64,000 nt of DNA from Rhizomicrobium sp. (GCA_035605955.1 DATNGI010000066.1:14495-78494); one strand, 5' to 3'. Positions 28,544 through 38,105 are shown, numbered from the stretch's first letter. Numbers and translations: made by a program. Notes: generated by a model from the letters alone, not told the origin.

Positions 28544-28972
28544 TCAGGCGAGTTCGGGCGGGGCGCGGGGAGATTGCGGCTGATAGCGCGCGAAGCGAGC
28601 GATGCTGCGCTCGGCTAGGGGCCGGTGTGCGTGTTCGACGGCAAGTTCGGGCAGGGCGATGGCGGCAGGGGTGGAGGCCGCGCCGCCATGAGTGACGCCG
28701 GCGAAGGGGCATTCTTCGTGACTGCGGCTGCTGTCCGGCGCCTTCTTGTCATGGGCGCCAGACTTCTCCGTGGACGACATGTCCATACCGGGCATGGCCG
28801 CCATCATCTTGGCCATGTCGGCGGCGGACATGGGGCCGTCCATGTCGCACAGGATCAGGGCGCTTTCGCTGAAGCCTTGGGGATTGGGCATCCAGCCGAC
28901 CGGCAACAGCCCTTTCAGGACTATCGCCACGATAGCCAGAGCCAATGCAGCCTTTTGCGAAACCCTCGACAT
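28544..28972 (-). CDS. DUF2946 family protein
   Basis: L.P.GWMP; Met-rich segment; H..CPFA; terminal RAPP motif. Confidence 0.8.
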   Translation of the reverse strand: MSRVSQKAALALAIVAIVLKGLLPVGWMPNPQGFSESALILCDMDGPMSAADMAKMMAAMPGMDMSSTEKSGAHDKKAPDSSRSHEECPFAGVTHGGAASTPAAIALPELAVEHAHRPLAERSIARFARYQPQSPRAPPELA

Positions 28973-29052
28973 GGGCGTGAGCGTCCTCCGGGCGTAGGTT
29001 CCGGTCAAGCCGGATTTCGGAGCATATACCCCCGGAAGGCGCGGTTTATTCC

Positions 29053-29135
29053 GTGAGGAGCGGTGGCGTGTAGCGCTACGAGCAGGTCCGGGGGACCTGC
29101 GAGATCGACGAACGCCCCGAGCACAAGCGAGGGGC
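29053..29135 (+). repeat. Structured repeat family A, copy 1
   Basis: GTGAGGAGCGG-hairpin1-GAGCAGGTCCGGGGGACCTGCGA-GAACGCCCC-GA-GC-ACAA-GC-GA-GGGGC. Confidence 0.9.
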
Positions 29136-29162
29136 AGGCGATGCACAGAAGCCGGAAACCGT

Positions 29163-29819
29163 TCAGAAGCCGGGGTACCAGCCGTGTCCCAGGGGCGAAC
29201 CACGGGGTGTGACAAAGCGCATCAAGGTTAAGCGCACGATTTCTCCGATGGCCGCATAATGTTTGGAGCAACCGCCGTTGCCGATGCCGGAGGTAACGCG
29301 CGCTCCACGAATGCGCTCGAACCCGATCATGGTACCGTCCAGACACCCCATACTGTCGTCACCCCCAAAGTGGTCCGCCAGATGGTCCATCTCCGTGACG
29401 AGGGCGTGGTAGTCATTGCGGGGCATGGTGAAATTCTGTTCGGTGGTAGTTGTTTTTTTCTCGTCGCGGGATCGTTCGGTGGTGATCAGCACACCCTCGA
29501 CCGTTGCGCCTTTCGCGGAAAGCGAGACGACGTAAGTGTAATAGGAGAGTTCTGGCACGGCGACGAAGCGAAAAGCATTGTCGCCCAGCGTGCTGCGCGG
29601 CGGAAGTCTCGCCAGAAGACGATTAGCGTGGCCGCGGACCGCGCCGTTGCCCTCGAGCGAACCTTCATGGGTGCGCGAATCTTCGCGCAGACGCATTTCG
29701 TCGAGCAAAGATAAACCGAAGCCCACTGCGGCCAGGACCAGTAGAATCGCAACCAGACCGCCCAAGGTAAAGCCGGTGAGGCGCAGCCATTTTCGCAACG
29801 GCCGGGGATGATCAGGCAT
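29163..29819 (-). CDS. Hypothetical single-TM protein
   Basis: N-terminal TM anchor; CLDG....E motif; start overlaps the CPBP stop region. Confidence 0.65.
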   Translation of the reverse strand: MPDHPRPLRKWLRLTGFTLGGLVAILLVLAAVGFGLSLLDEMRLREDSRTHEGSLEGNGAVRGHANRLLARLPPRSTLGDNAFRFVAVPELSYYTYVVSLSAKGATVEGVLITTERSRDEKKTTTTEQNFTMPRNDYHALVTEMDHLADHFGGDDSMGCLDGTMIGFERIRGARVTSGIGNGGCSKHYAAIGEIVRLTLMRFVTPRGSPLGHGWYPGF

Positions 29820-30678
29820 GCACTTCGCCACGCCTAGTCCAGAAATAGATTGCAATGAGAATCGCCAGCAGGGGCGTGGCGAACCCAAATTCATCAATCG
29901 CGTAAGCCGTGATGGCGCCCTTGGGCGCGGTCAAAGGCGTGAAGAAGGCCTGGATGAAGGCATTGTGGCTGGCATGCAGGATGGCGCAGGGCCATACGCT
30001 GTTCGATTTCAAACGCAGCCAGGTCAGCATCACGGCGCTGGCGATCACGAAGCACGCGAAACAAGTAAAGCCGTACCAGAAAGGCGTGCCCGCATTGTAA
30101 TTGCCGAACACCATGATGGGGATGTGCCAGCTGGCCCAGATCGCGCCCGACAGGATCGCGCCCCAGGTGAAGCCCAGCCGCGACACCATGCGGGGCGCGA
30201 GAAACCCGCGCCAGCCGATCTCTTCGCCCAAGGCGCGCGCGATGGCGCCGACCATGAAAGTGGTGGCGACCAAAAGAAAATAGGGCGGAATGAATTGGCC
30301 CGGCGCGGTGACATGCCAGCCCACGCGTGCCGCCAGTTCGGCGATGCCCTTGGCGCTGGGAAAGCCGCCCAGGCCGAAGCTCCACACCCCGATATAGGCG
30401 ACAGCGGCATAGGCGAGCGGAAGCAGGTAACCGATGAGCGCATAGCTTGGCGCAAAGCGCGCCAGCCCCAGGCTGGCGATGTCGCCGCGTGTGATCAAAA
30501 GCGTGAGGAAGGCGGCCGTCGCCGGGCACCACATCAAGGCCTCGACATAATGGCCGCCGCCGCCGCCGGAAAACGGCGTGGGCGCGAAGAACAGCGTGTA
30601 GATCGAACCACTAAGAAGGACGACCAGGATCAGGAAGGTGACGATGCCTCTGGTCTGCTGTTCCGCGCTTTCGCTCAT
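29812..30678 (-). CDS. CPBP (CAAX/Abi) intramembrane metalloprotease
   Basis: GEEIGWRGFL, W..WH.P and H...N motifs. Confidence 0.95.
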   Translation of the reverse strand: MSESAEQQTRGIVTFLILVVLLSGSIYTLFFAPTPFSGGGGGHYVEALMWCPATAAFLTLLITRGDIASLGLARFAPSYALIGYLLPLAYAAVAYIGVWSFGLGGFPSAKGIAELAARVGWHVTAPGQFIPPYFLLVATTFMVGAIARALGEEIGWRGFLAPRMVSRLGFTWGAILSGAIWASWHIPIMVFGNYNAGTPFWYGFTCFACFVIASAVMLTWLRLKSNSVWPCAILHASHNAFIQAFFTPLTAPKGAITAYAIDEFGFATPLLAILIAIYFWTRRGEVHA

Positions 30679-30818
30679 GGGAATCCCTCAGGCGAGAGCA
30701 GGAGCCTGCCACAGAGTGGGCGTGGAGGCGAGAGCGCGTCCAGGCCATGCGCGCCGCTTGACAGCCTATACCTTTCAGCTCAAGGTATCGATGCCTCTCG
30801 CCGGGATGTATGAGGAAC

Positions 30819-31166
30819 ATGGCCACCAACCCCAGCTTCATGAACGGCGTGCCGGAGCTTTTGATCCTGCGCACCCTCGAAGCGCGCGAGATGTATGGCT
30901 ATGAGCTGGTGCAGGCGATCCAGACCCGCACCAACCAGGCGATCAAGATTGGCGAAGGCGTGGTTTATCCCGCACTGCATGCGCTGGAAGCCGGCGGCAT
31001 GCTGAAGTCGCGCCGCAAGCTGGTGAACGGGCGCACCCGCGTCTATTACGCGCTGACGCGCAAGGGTGAAAAACATCTGGCCGGCCTTGTTAGGCACTGG
31101 CAGCACATCACCGAAGCGATCGGTCTTGCGATAGGAGGAACCGCCCATGCCGCAGCCATGCTTTGA
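30819..31166 (+). CDS. PadR family transcriptional regulator
   Basis: G..ELLIL..L....MYGYEL, G.VYP.LH.LE..G and R.YY.LT.KG motifs; RBS GAGGA. Confidence 0.95.
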   Translation: MATNPSFMNGVPELLILRTLEAREMYGYELVQAIQTRTNQAIKIGEGVVYPALHALEAGGMLKSRRKLVNGRTRVYYALTRKGEKHLAGLVRHWQHITEAIGLAIGGTAHAAAML

Positions 31167-31902
31167 CCGCCAAAATCAGCGTCTCTCCGAACGCCTGCTC
31201 ACGGCCGGTATCGCGCCGCGCCATGTCCGCCGCTATGTGCGCGAACTCTCCGATCATTTCGACGATCTGGTGCGAGAGGAGAGCGCGGCCGGCGCGGGCC
31301 GCACCTTGGCCGAGACGCGGGCGCTGTCGCGCCTGGGCAACGATGACGATCTGGCGGACGCCATGCTGTCGCGGCCCGAATTGCGCTCTTTCATGTCGCG
31401 CTTTCCTTGGGCGGTGTTTGGCCTGGGGCCCATTGCGCTCCTGGTCTTGAGCATCTTCGGAGGGCTTTATTTCGAAGTTTGGCTTATCGATCACACAGGC
31501 TTTGTGTGGGCATGGTTTCATATGCAGCCATCACCCGCGAGCGCGCGGATCGCCACCAAGGTTTACACGGCTTACAACACACTGATTGTCTTCGGTGCGC
31601 CGCTGCTGTTCGCTTGGCTATTTTATCGCATCGGTTCGCGGCAACGCATGCGGCCGGCCTGGATCATCGCCGGTGTGGCGCTGGTCTGCATCCTGGGCGG
31701 CTTTCAGAATCTGATCTTCTACGACACAGGCTGCAAGGGCTGCGGCCAACTCTTGGTGCAGTCGGCTTTTATTCCACCCTTTCCGCATTTCGCAGAGGGC
31801 GTGGTCCGCGCCGCCGTCAATCTTGCTATCGCCGGCGGCATCTGGCTCGCGGCGCGGAGGAAAGTCTCAACCGCTATCGCGCTTCGTACCGCGCGGACAT
31901 AG
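31147..31902 (+). CDS. PadR-partner membrane protein with N-terminal HAAS/permease-prefix-like domain
   Basis: RY..EL.DH..DL.........A...AL.RLG....LA, then several TM segments; overlaps padR. Confidence 0.75.
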   Translation: MPQPCFDRQNQRLSERLLTAGIAPRHVRRYVRELSDHFDDLVREESAAGAGRTLAETRALSRLGNDDDLADAMLSRPELRSFMSRFPWAVFGLGPIALLVLSIFGGLYFEVWLIDHTGFVWAWFHMQPSPASARIATKVYTAYNTLIVFGAPLLFAWLFYRIGSRQRMRPAWIIAGVALVCILGGFQNLIFYDTGCKGCGQLLVQSAFIPPFPHFAEGVVRAAVNLAIAGGIWLAARRKVSTAIALRTART

Positions 31903-31931
31903 GCCCACGAAATCTGCAGGAAGGTATCGTC

Positions 31932-33068
31932 ATGTCGCTTCGCGCTTTGGGTCTTGCGGTCTTCCTTGCAGCGTTCGCCACTGTCCCCGCGTCGTCGCAA
32001 TCCGATGACGGCGCGTTCGTCACTGTCGAAGGCGGGCGCGTCTGGTACCAGACCTGCGGCACGGGTCCCAGGTCCATGGCGCTCATCCATGACGGAACGC
32101 TGCATTCCGCCACCTGGGACGATGTCTGGCCAATCTTCTGCAAGGATTTTCATGTGGTGCGCTATGACCGGCGCGGTTATGGCCGCTCGCCCGCGGCCAC
32201 AGAGCCTTATGCGCGCACCGACGATGTGCTGGCGGTGATGCGCGCGGCGGGCATGGCGCATGCCGTGGTGGTGGGCGCGTCGGCTGGCGGCGGCATTGCG
32301 GTGGATTTCACTCTGGCGCATCCCGACGCGGTCGACCGGCTTGTTCTGGTCGGGCCCTCCATTTCGGGCCTGCGCTATTCGCAATATTTCAACCGGCGGG
32401 TGATGGAGAATGTGCGCCAGTTCCAGCAAGGCGATCTCGAGGGCGCGATGCGCAGCGGCTGGGCCTTCGCGCCGGGACATGAAGCGGCGGTCGTACGCGC
32501 GGCCGCGCTGGTCAAGGCCAATCCGCAGAATCTGATGCATGGCGACATGGCGCGGCTTGCGCCCACCGCCAAGCCGCTCCTCTCCAAGATTCAGGCGCAG
32601 ACACTGGTCCTGGTCGGCGATCATGACGTTGCCGACAATGAGGGCGAGGCGGCCACCGCCGAAGCGCTGATCCCACGCGCCTATCGCATCGTCGTGCCCG
32701 ACACCAGCCATCTGATGTATATGGAACACCCGGATGTGTTCGCGCAGCTGGTCGAACAATTCGTCGATGCCAAGCCCCATCCCGACCGTGAAGCGTCGGT
32801 CCGGCGCTATGTCGAGTCGCTGGAAAAGGGCGCGCCCAATTATGGCGAGATGGTCGAAGCCGAGGCGGCCGATGTCCGCCAGGAGCTGCCACAGCTTCTG
32901 CAGTTGGTGAGGGCGATGGGCGCGCTGAAATCCGTCACCTATGAACACGGCACCGACGACGGCGCGGATGTCTATCTGGTAAGTTTCGAACATGGCCAGG
33001 CGGAATGGACCATCGGGCCGCTCACCGCCGACGGCAAGGTGCAGACACGCAGGGTAAGCCTGCTCTAG
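31932..33068 (+). CDS. Secreted alpha/beta hydrolase with extra C-terminal domain
   Basis: Signal peptide; YDRRGYGRS; GASAGG nucleophile; GD.D and SH catalytic residues; ~90-aa C-terminal extension. Confidence 0.88.
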   Translation: MSLRALGLAVFLAAFATVPASSQSDDGAFVTVEGGRVWYQTCGTGPRSMALIHDGTLHSATWDDVWPIFCKDFHVVRYDRRGYGRSPAATEPYARTDDVLAVMRAAGMAHAVVVGASAGGGIAVDFTLAHPDAVDRLVLVGPSISGLRYSQYFNRRVMENVRQFQQGDLEGAMRSGWAFAPGHEAAVVRAAALVKANPQNLMHGDMARLAPTAKPLLSKIQAQTLVLVGDHDVADNEGEAATAEALIPRAYRIVVPDTSHLMYMEHPDVFAQLVEQFVDAKPHPDREASVRRYVESLEKGAPNYGEMVEAEAADVRQELPQLLQLVRAMGALKSVTYEHGTDDGADVYLVSFEHGQAEWTIGPLTADGKVQTRRVSLL

Positions 33069-33084
33069 CGCAATCGGGTGCGCG

Positions 33085-34101
33085 ATGATGAAGCGGAGTA
33101 TTCTCGCATATGTGGTTCTTGCCTGCTGCCTGGCCTCGCGCGCCAAGGCGGAGGAATGCGCCGCGCCGCGGCTGGAAAACACGGTGCCGATGGAAGCGGC
33201 GGGCCAATCCGGCGAGGTGGTCGTGCCGATCACTTTGAACGGGGTGGAAAAGAAATTCCTGTTCGATACCGGCGGCGGCGCAATGAACTATATCAAGCCT
33301 GCCGTAGCCCTGAGCCTGGGTCTTTTCAAGACCGACAATTTCCCGGCGCTGGATCTGGCGGGGAACAAATCCTACAAAATCGCCGGTGCGCGCAGCGTGA
33401 AATTTGGCGCGATCGCGAGCCGGGACGTCGTCCTTTTCCAGATGGTGCCGGAACTGGCTTTCGACGGTATCCTGTCGGCCGGGACGATGACCGGCAACGA
33501 CCTCGACATCGAGTTCGGCGCCATGCGGCTCAACTTCTTTTCCGCCGATCATTGTGCGGGCGACGTGGTCTATTGGCCGCATCAGGCGCTGGCCGTGGTC
33601 CCAGTCACACTGGCGGGCGGCCATTTCGAAATCGGCGTGACGCTGGATGGCCATGCGCTGACGGCGGTGATCGATACCGGCTCACCCTGGACGATTTTGG
33701 ATGCCGGGTGGGCGAAGGAAAATCTGGGCTTTTCGCCGGACGCTCCGCCCTCCGGCATTCCGAAGGACAGGCCCGGCGAGCAGATTTATTTCCGCCGCTA
33801 TTCCGCGCTCGCTTTTCCCGGCATCACCGTTGCCAATCCGCTGGTGGTGGTGCGGTCAGTCCAGTTTGGCGACGGCGGCGGCCGGGCCGGCCCGGCGCCC
33901 GACATGATCATCGGAATGGAAGTGCTCCGGCATCTTCATCTCTATTACGCGGCGGGCGAACAGAAATTCTACATCACGCCCGCCACGGCCGGCGCCTCCG
34001 TATTGCCCAAACCCATCGCGGCGGCATCGCACGGTCATGCCTGGCCGCAGGATGAAGAGGCCTATTCAAAAGTGTGGGACCCGATCCACCGCATGCATTA
34101 G
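33085..34101 (+). CDS. Secreted two-lobed retropepsin-like aspartyl protease, both DTG motifs intact
   Basis: FLFDTGG and AVIDTGS; FDGIL; IIGM.VL; signal peptide. Confidence 0.88.
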   Translation: MMKRSILAYVVLACCLASRAKAEECAAPRLENTVPMEAAGQSGEVVVPITLNGVEKKFLFDTGGGAMNYIKPAVALSLGLFKTDNFPALDLAGNKSYKIAGARSVKFGAIASRDVVLFQMVPELAFDGILSAGTMTGNDLDIEFGAMRLNFFSADHCAGDVVYWPHQALAVVPVTLAGGHFEIGVTLDGHALTAVIDTGSPWTILDAGWAKENLGFSPDAPPSGIPKDRPGEQIYFRRYSALAFPGITVANPLVVVRSVQFGDGGGRAGPAPDMIIGMEVLRHLHLYYAAGEQKFYITPATAGASVLPKPIAAASHGHAWPQDEEAYSKVWDPIHRMH

Positions 34102-34124
34102 GACCGGAGCCTTCGGATAGAGTC

Positions 34125-35669
34125 TCAGTCGTCAAAATCAGGATGCTTGCCTGTGTCCTCCGACCGCTGGAAATCGGACAAGGGATGCTTGTTCACTTCG
34201 TCGATGATCTTGGCGAAGGCGCGGGTCGAGGTTTCAAGTCCGGTCCATGGCACCGCTTCCGGCGTCTCCCATTCGGTGTGGAAATAGGAATGATATTCCG
34301 ACGCGTCGATCGCGGGCGTGAAGCGGTAGAAATAGCTCGCGTCACTGGCCGGCGGCGTGGGGCTGGGATCGAATTCCAGCGGCTGGCCGAATTTCTTGAA
34401 CGCGTCCCACACGATCTTCTGCAGCACGGGCCGTTCCTTGCCGCCGCCATACCATTGCAGTGGCATGAAGGTGTTGGCCCAGGCCAGTTCGTCGCCGGGA
34501 TAATAGCGCGGCCGCGATTGGGTGAAGATGGTCGAGGGATGCTCGTCATTGAGCAAAAGTGCCGTCTTGGCGAACAAACTCGCCTTGTTCGCCGTCAGGT
34601 ATTTCACGCCCAGCGCGCCGTCCGAACCATTGTGATGGCCGTCCAGTCCGATAAAGACCATGGTGCGCTTGCGCTTGGCCTTCGGAATCTTGGCGAAATA
34701 TTCCGCCAGCCCCAGCATGGAGGCGACGCCGGCGGCATTGTCGCTGGCGCCTTCGAACCAGCCATCCTTGTGGGCGGTGATGTAGATGGTTTCGTCGGTC
34801 GCGCCTTGAAGTGTGCCCCACACCAAGGCGGTCTTGAGATTGGGCACCTTCTGCACATCCAGCGACACGCGGACTTTGGCCGACATGCCGCCGCCCGCCG
34901 TTTCGATCAAGGTCCGCGCCGCTGTGCCATCGTCATTGCCGAGCGTGAAGGCGGGCGCTTTGGTGCCGGACGGATAGGCCTGATAGCGCATATTGCCCGG
35001 CAGCATGGAGACTTCGAAGATCGCCGCCGCGCCCTTGTCGTCGGCGCGCTTGACCGCCCGCGCATTGGTCACGCCCAGCATGGAGGCGATGAAGACCGCC
35101 TTGCCCTTCACGTCACGGCCCATGAAATCGGCTTCGGTGCCGAGCCCCACATACACCGCGTCGAGATCGGTCGGGGGCAAGGGACCGGCTTCATAGTCCG
35201 GCTGGGCGGAGTTCAAATGTATCGTCTTGCCGTTCGCTGTCACCGCCACGTCCCAGGTCATTGGCGTCCATTGCGGCGGCAGATCAAGCGGCTGGATGCG
35301 CACATCGGAAAGACCCAGCGCACGGAATTTTCCCGCCAGCCACTCATTGGTCTCGCGCTCGCTTTCGGTACCGATCAACCGGCCCCAATATTTGGGATGG
35401 CCCGTGTCGCGATAGCGTTTGGAGATGGCCGCCAGCTCTTCCACATATTTGTGCATCTTCCTGCCGTCGATGCTGCGATAGGCTTCCTCGCCCTTGGGCA
35501 GGGGGAATTCGATCAGCGCATTCTCCACCCGCGACAGGGAAAGCGCCGGCGGGGTGAGCGACTGGGCGATGGTGGAACGGGCGCCTTGCGCCTGCCCCGA
35601 TTGCGCCCAGGCCATGACGGCCAGCGGCACCGCGATGAATGCACTCGCGCGCAGAAAAATCCGTCTCAC
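34125..35669 (-). CDS. Secreted M28 family Zn peptidase with PA domain
   Basis: AHKDG...GASDNAAG, G.H and PA insert (Y.GLG...DF...DVKGK); GTG start after GGAGG. Confidence 0.88.
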   Translation of the reverse strand: MRRIFLRASAFIAVPLAVMAWAQSGQAQGARSTIAQSLTPPALSLSRVENALIEFPLPKGEEAYRSIDGRKMHKYVEELAAISKRYRDTGHPKYWGRLIGTESERETNEWLAGKFRALGLSDVRIQPLDLPPQWTPMTWDVAVTANGKTIHLNSAQPDYEAGPLPPTDLDAVYVGLGTEADFMGRDVKGKAVFIASMLGVTNARAVKRADDKGAAAIFEVSMLPGNMRYQAYPSGTKAPAFTLGNDDGTAARTLIETAGGGMSAKVRVSLDVQKVPNLKTALVWGTLQGATDETIYITAHKDGWFEGASDNAAGVASMLGLAEYFAKIPKAKRKRTMVFIGLDGHHNGSDGALGVKYLTANKASLFAKTALLLNDEHPSTIFTQSRPRYYPGDELAWANTFMPLQWYGGGKERPVLQKIVWDAFKKFGQPLEFDPSPTPPASDASYFYRFTPAIDASEYHSYFHTEWETPEAVPWTGLETSTRAFAKIIDEVNKHPLSDFQRSEDTGKHPDFDD

Positions 35670-35879
35670 GCTGCCCTCCCTTGAAGCCCGCTTCCCGCGC
35701 GGTTTTGCGCATCTTGACGGGTGTGGAGGCGCACGCAAAGCGCCGCCGCCTGTGCGCATCTGCACATCGGTGGCGCATCTTTGCGCATTGAGGAAGCGTG
35801 GCCGCCATGCGTCCGCCTTCCGCGCCGGTGTGGTCGGCGCGAAAAATGCGCTTTGCCTTGGCTCCGGCCTTGTGGTAGA

Positions 35880-35900
35880 TGCTACTACAACGTAGGAGAT
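35880..35900. promoter_or_regulatory. Putative BlaI operator overlapping the RBS
   Basis: TGCTACTACAACGTAGGAGAT aligns with 43437-43457 (CTAyTACAnyGTAGnAGAT); both are followed by TCGAyGG. Confidence 0.7.
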
Positions 35901-35908
35901 TCGACGGC

Positions 35909-36295
35909 GTGGCGCTCCCCAGGCTCAGCAATCTGGAAATGCAGATTTTGGAGCTGCTGTGGGCGCACGGACCCTTGTCGGTGCGCGAGATCATGGAGCG
36001 GCTTCCGGCCAAGCGCCTCCCGGCCTACACCACGGTCCAGACCATGGCGGCGCGGCTGGAGGCGAAGAAGGCGCTAAGGCGTGCCCGCAAAGTGGCGACG
36101 GCGCATATCTACGAAGCCGCCATTCCGCGCGAGGCGGCGCGCAGGCGTCTGATAGACGATTTCCTGTCCGTGTTCGGTGGCGAGCATCGCCCGATCATGA
36201 TGCATCTGGTGAAGGCGGGAAGACTCACGCTCCAGGATATCGAAGAAGCGGAAGCTCATATCCGCGAACTGCAAAAGAAGAGCGGCAAGCCGTAG
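35909..36295 (+). CDS. BlaI/MecI/CopY family repressor (#1)
   Basis: LS.LE.QI...LW..G, PAYTTV.T...RLE.K, Y.A.I.R and L.D.F..VFGG motifs; 128 aa. Confidence 0.95.
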   Translation: MALPRLSNLEMQILELLWAHGPLSVREIMERLPAKRLPAYTTVQTMAARLEAKKALRRARKVATAHIYEAAIPREAARRRLIDDFLSVFGGEHRPIMMHLVKAGRLTLQDIEEAEAHIRELQKKSGKP

Positions 36296-36336
36296 CTGCC
36301 CAACCGAACGAGACGTTGAAAACAGGGGAACTTCAC

Positions 36337-37437
36337 ATGTCCGGGAAAATCGCGTGCGTCTTGACCCTATGGCTGGCGTCAAGCGCCGCCGCAATGGCGC
36401 AGACCGCGGGAGCGCCGCCACAGACGTCAGCGCCAGCGGGCTGTGAGCTTCCCGCCGTGGCGGATTCCGTCGAACTCAATCAGGTGCCCGGCAGCGATCT
36501 CGTAACGGTGCCGGTGGAGATCGAAGGCAAGCCGAAACATCTGGTGCTGGCCGTCGGCACCGGCGTCTCCGAAATCACGGAAGCGGCCGTGAAGGAATTG
36601 AAACTGGTCGACGGCATCAAGCGCACCGAGACGTTTCAGAGTGGCCCCGCCACTTGGTCAGCGGATACCAGTATGCGAAACGAGCTAACGGGCTCGACGA
36701 TCCAGTCCACTTTCGTGGATGTGAAAGGCGTGCATGCCGAGGAAGACAACCGACCGCATGTCGTCCTTTCCTCCTTCAAACTGGGAGGCGCGATCGGCCG
36801 CAATCTGAGTTTCGCCGTGGCCACCGACAAGGATATCTCGTCCTCGGCGCCCTATGACGGGCGGATGACCGGCTCCTTCTTCAAGCAATATGACGTGGAG
36901 CTGGATTTCGTCGCCATGAAGCTTCGCTATCTCACGCCCAACACATGCACCGATCCGCATCAAGTCGTGTTTTGGCCGCACAAGGACGTGGCGATCATTC
37001 CCATGAACATTGTGGACGGCAAGATCGAGGTGCAGGTCGATATCGGCGACCACAAGATCAATGCCATCCTCGACACGGCGTCGCCGCGCACCATCATGCG
37101 CCGCGACATCGCGGAAAACACGGTGGGCCTCAAGGCGGGTTCGCCGCAAATGGTGGCGGTGGAGGGGATGAAGGATGGCAGCGACATGCAGATCTATACC
37201 GCCACCTTTCCGCAGATCACTTTTGCCGGCGGCGTCACCGCCTTGAACGTCCCCGCCCTGATCCAGGTCAACGGCATGACGCACAATCTGCACAAGGAAG
37301 CGGTCCTGGGCAGCCGCGCCCAGTTCAAAGCCGATCCCCGCATTCCCGCGCTGACTTTGGGCATGGATGTGCTGCGCCAGCTACATCTCTATGTCGTCTA
37401 TGGGCAGCAGAATATCTACATGACGGCGGCTGAGTGA
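36337..37437 (+). CDS. Secreted retropepsin-like protein, N-lobe Asp absent
   Basis: Signal peptide; N-lobe LVLAVGT; C-lobe ILDTAS; YDG; LGMDVL. Confidence 0.85.
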   Translation: MSGKIACVLTLWLASSAAAMAQTAGAPPQTSAPAGCELPAVADSVELNQVPGSDLVTVPVEIEGKPKHLVLAVGTGVSEITEAAVKELKLVDGIKRTETFQSGPATWSADTSMRNELTGSTIQSTFVDVKGVHAEEDNRPHVVLSSFKLGGAIGRNLSFAVATDKDISSSAPYDGRMTGSFFKQYDVELDFVAMKLRYLTPNTCTDPHQVVFWPHKDVAIIPMNIVDGKIEVQVDIGDHKINAILDTASPRTIMRRDIAENTVGLKAGSPQMVAVEGMKDGSDMQIYTATFPQITFAGGVTALNVPALIQVNGMTHNLHKEAVLGSRAQFKADPRIPALTLGMDVLRQLHLYVVYGQQNIYMTAAE

Positions 37438-38105
37438 GCCGCGACCGCGAAGCCGGGCTGGTCAAGGCCATCGAAGATTTGATACGCGATGTCGGCACCC
37501 ATTATTCGTGGGCGATTCCCGATATCTGCCCTATCTCCTATGAGAAAACCGGAAACACCCTTACCGACACCCTGAATCTGCGCGCGGCCTGTCACCTGTT
37601 ATGGCTGACGGAGCCTGAGAGGCGTCAGGAGATATGCGGCTGGTATGTGAGACGGTGGGGCAAGATCGCAAAGACAAGCGATGACCGGATCGCGCATTAT
37701 GTCGAGACGTTGGCGCGCGGCGCGCTGCCCGACCGCCTGATGGGCGTGGCGTCCTGGTCCAAAGTCGCGTCGATATGCGATCCGAACAAATATCCCATCT
37801 ATGACGCCCGCGTGGCGTTCGCACTGAACGCGTTGCTCATTCGCGACAATATCGCGCTCGCGCCCTTTCGCATGCCTGGAAGCCAAAGCACCACCATCAA
37901 CGCGGCGCTGAAGCGTCTGAAGGCGCATGGGATCAAGGAATCGAACGTCAACACGCCGGTGGACGATTATCGCCGTTACATGGCGTTGATGCACCGTTTC
38001 GGCACGCGCATCAGCCTGGCGGAAATGGCCTTGTTCGGTTCCGCGCCGATGCTGGCGGCGGGCTTGCCCGCACCAAGCGCGGCGCCACGGCTGGCGCGCT
38101 CCTGA
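37434..38105 (+). CDS. Putative HhH/OGG-like DNA glycosylase-fold protein
   Basis: G.ASWSKVAS..DP..YPIYDARVA.AL resembles HhH-GPD Lys/Asp motifs; ..AEMALF end; GTGA coupling to the upstream gene. Confidence 0.5.
   Translation: MSRDREAGLVKAIEDLIRDVGTHYSWAIPDICPISYEKTGNTLTDTLNLRAACHLLWLTEPERRQEICGWYVRRWGKIAKTSDDRIAHYVETLARGALPDRLMGVASWSKVASICDPNKYPIYDARVAFALNALLIRDNIALAPFRMPGSQSTTINAALKRLKAHGIKESNVNTPVDDYRRYMALMHRFGTRISLAEMALFGSAPMLAAGLPAPSAAPRLARS

Noticed and set aside
29146-29173. 10-bp direct repeat CAGAAGCCGG near family A copy 1 as a target-site duplication
   Set aside because: Both copies lie on the same side of the element, 8 bp apart
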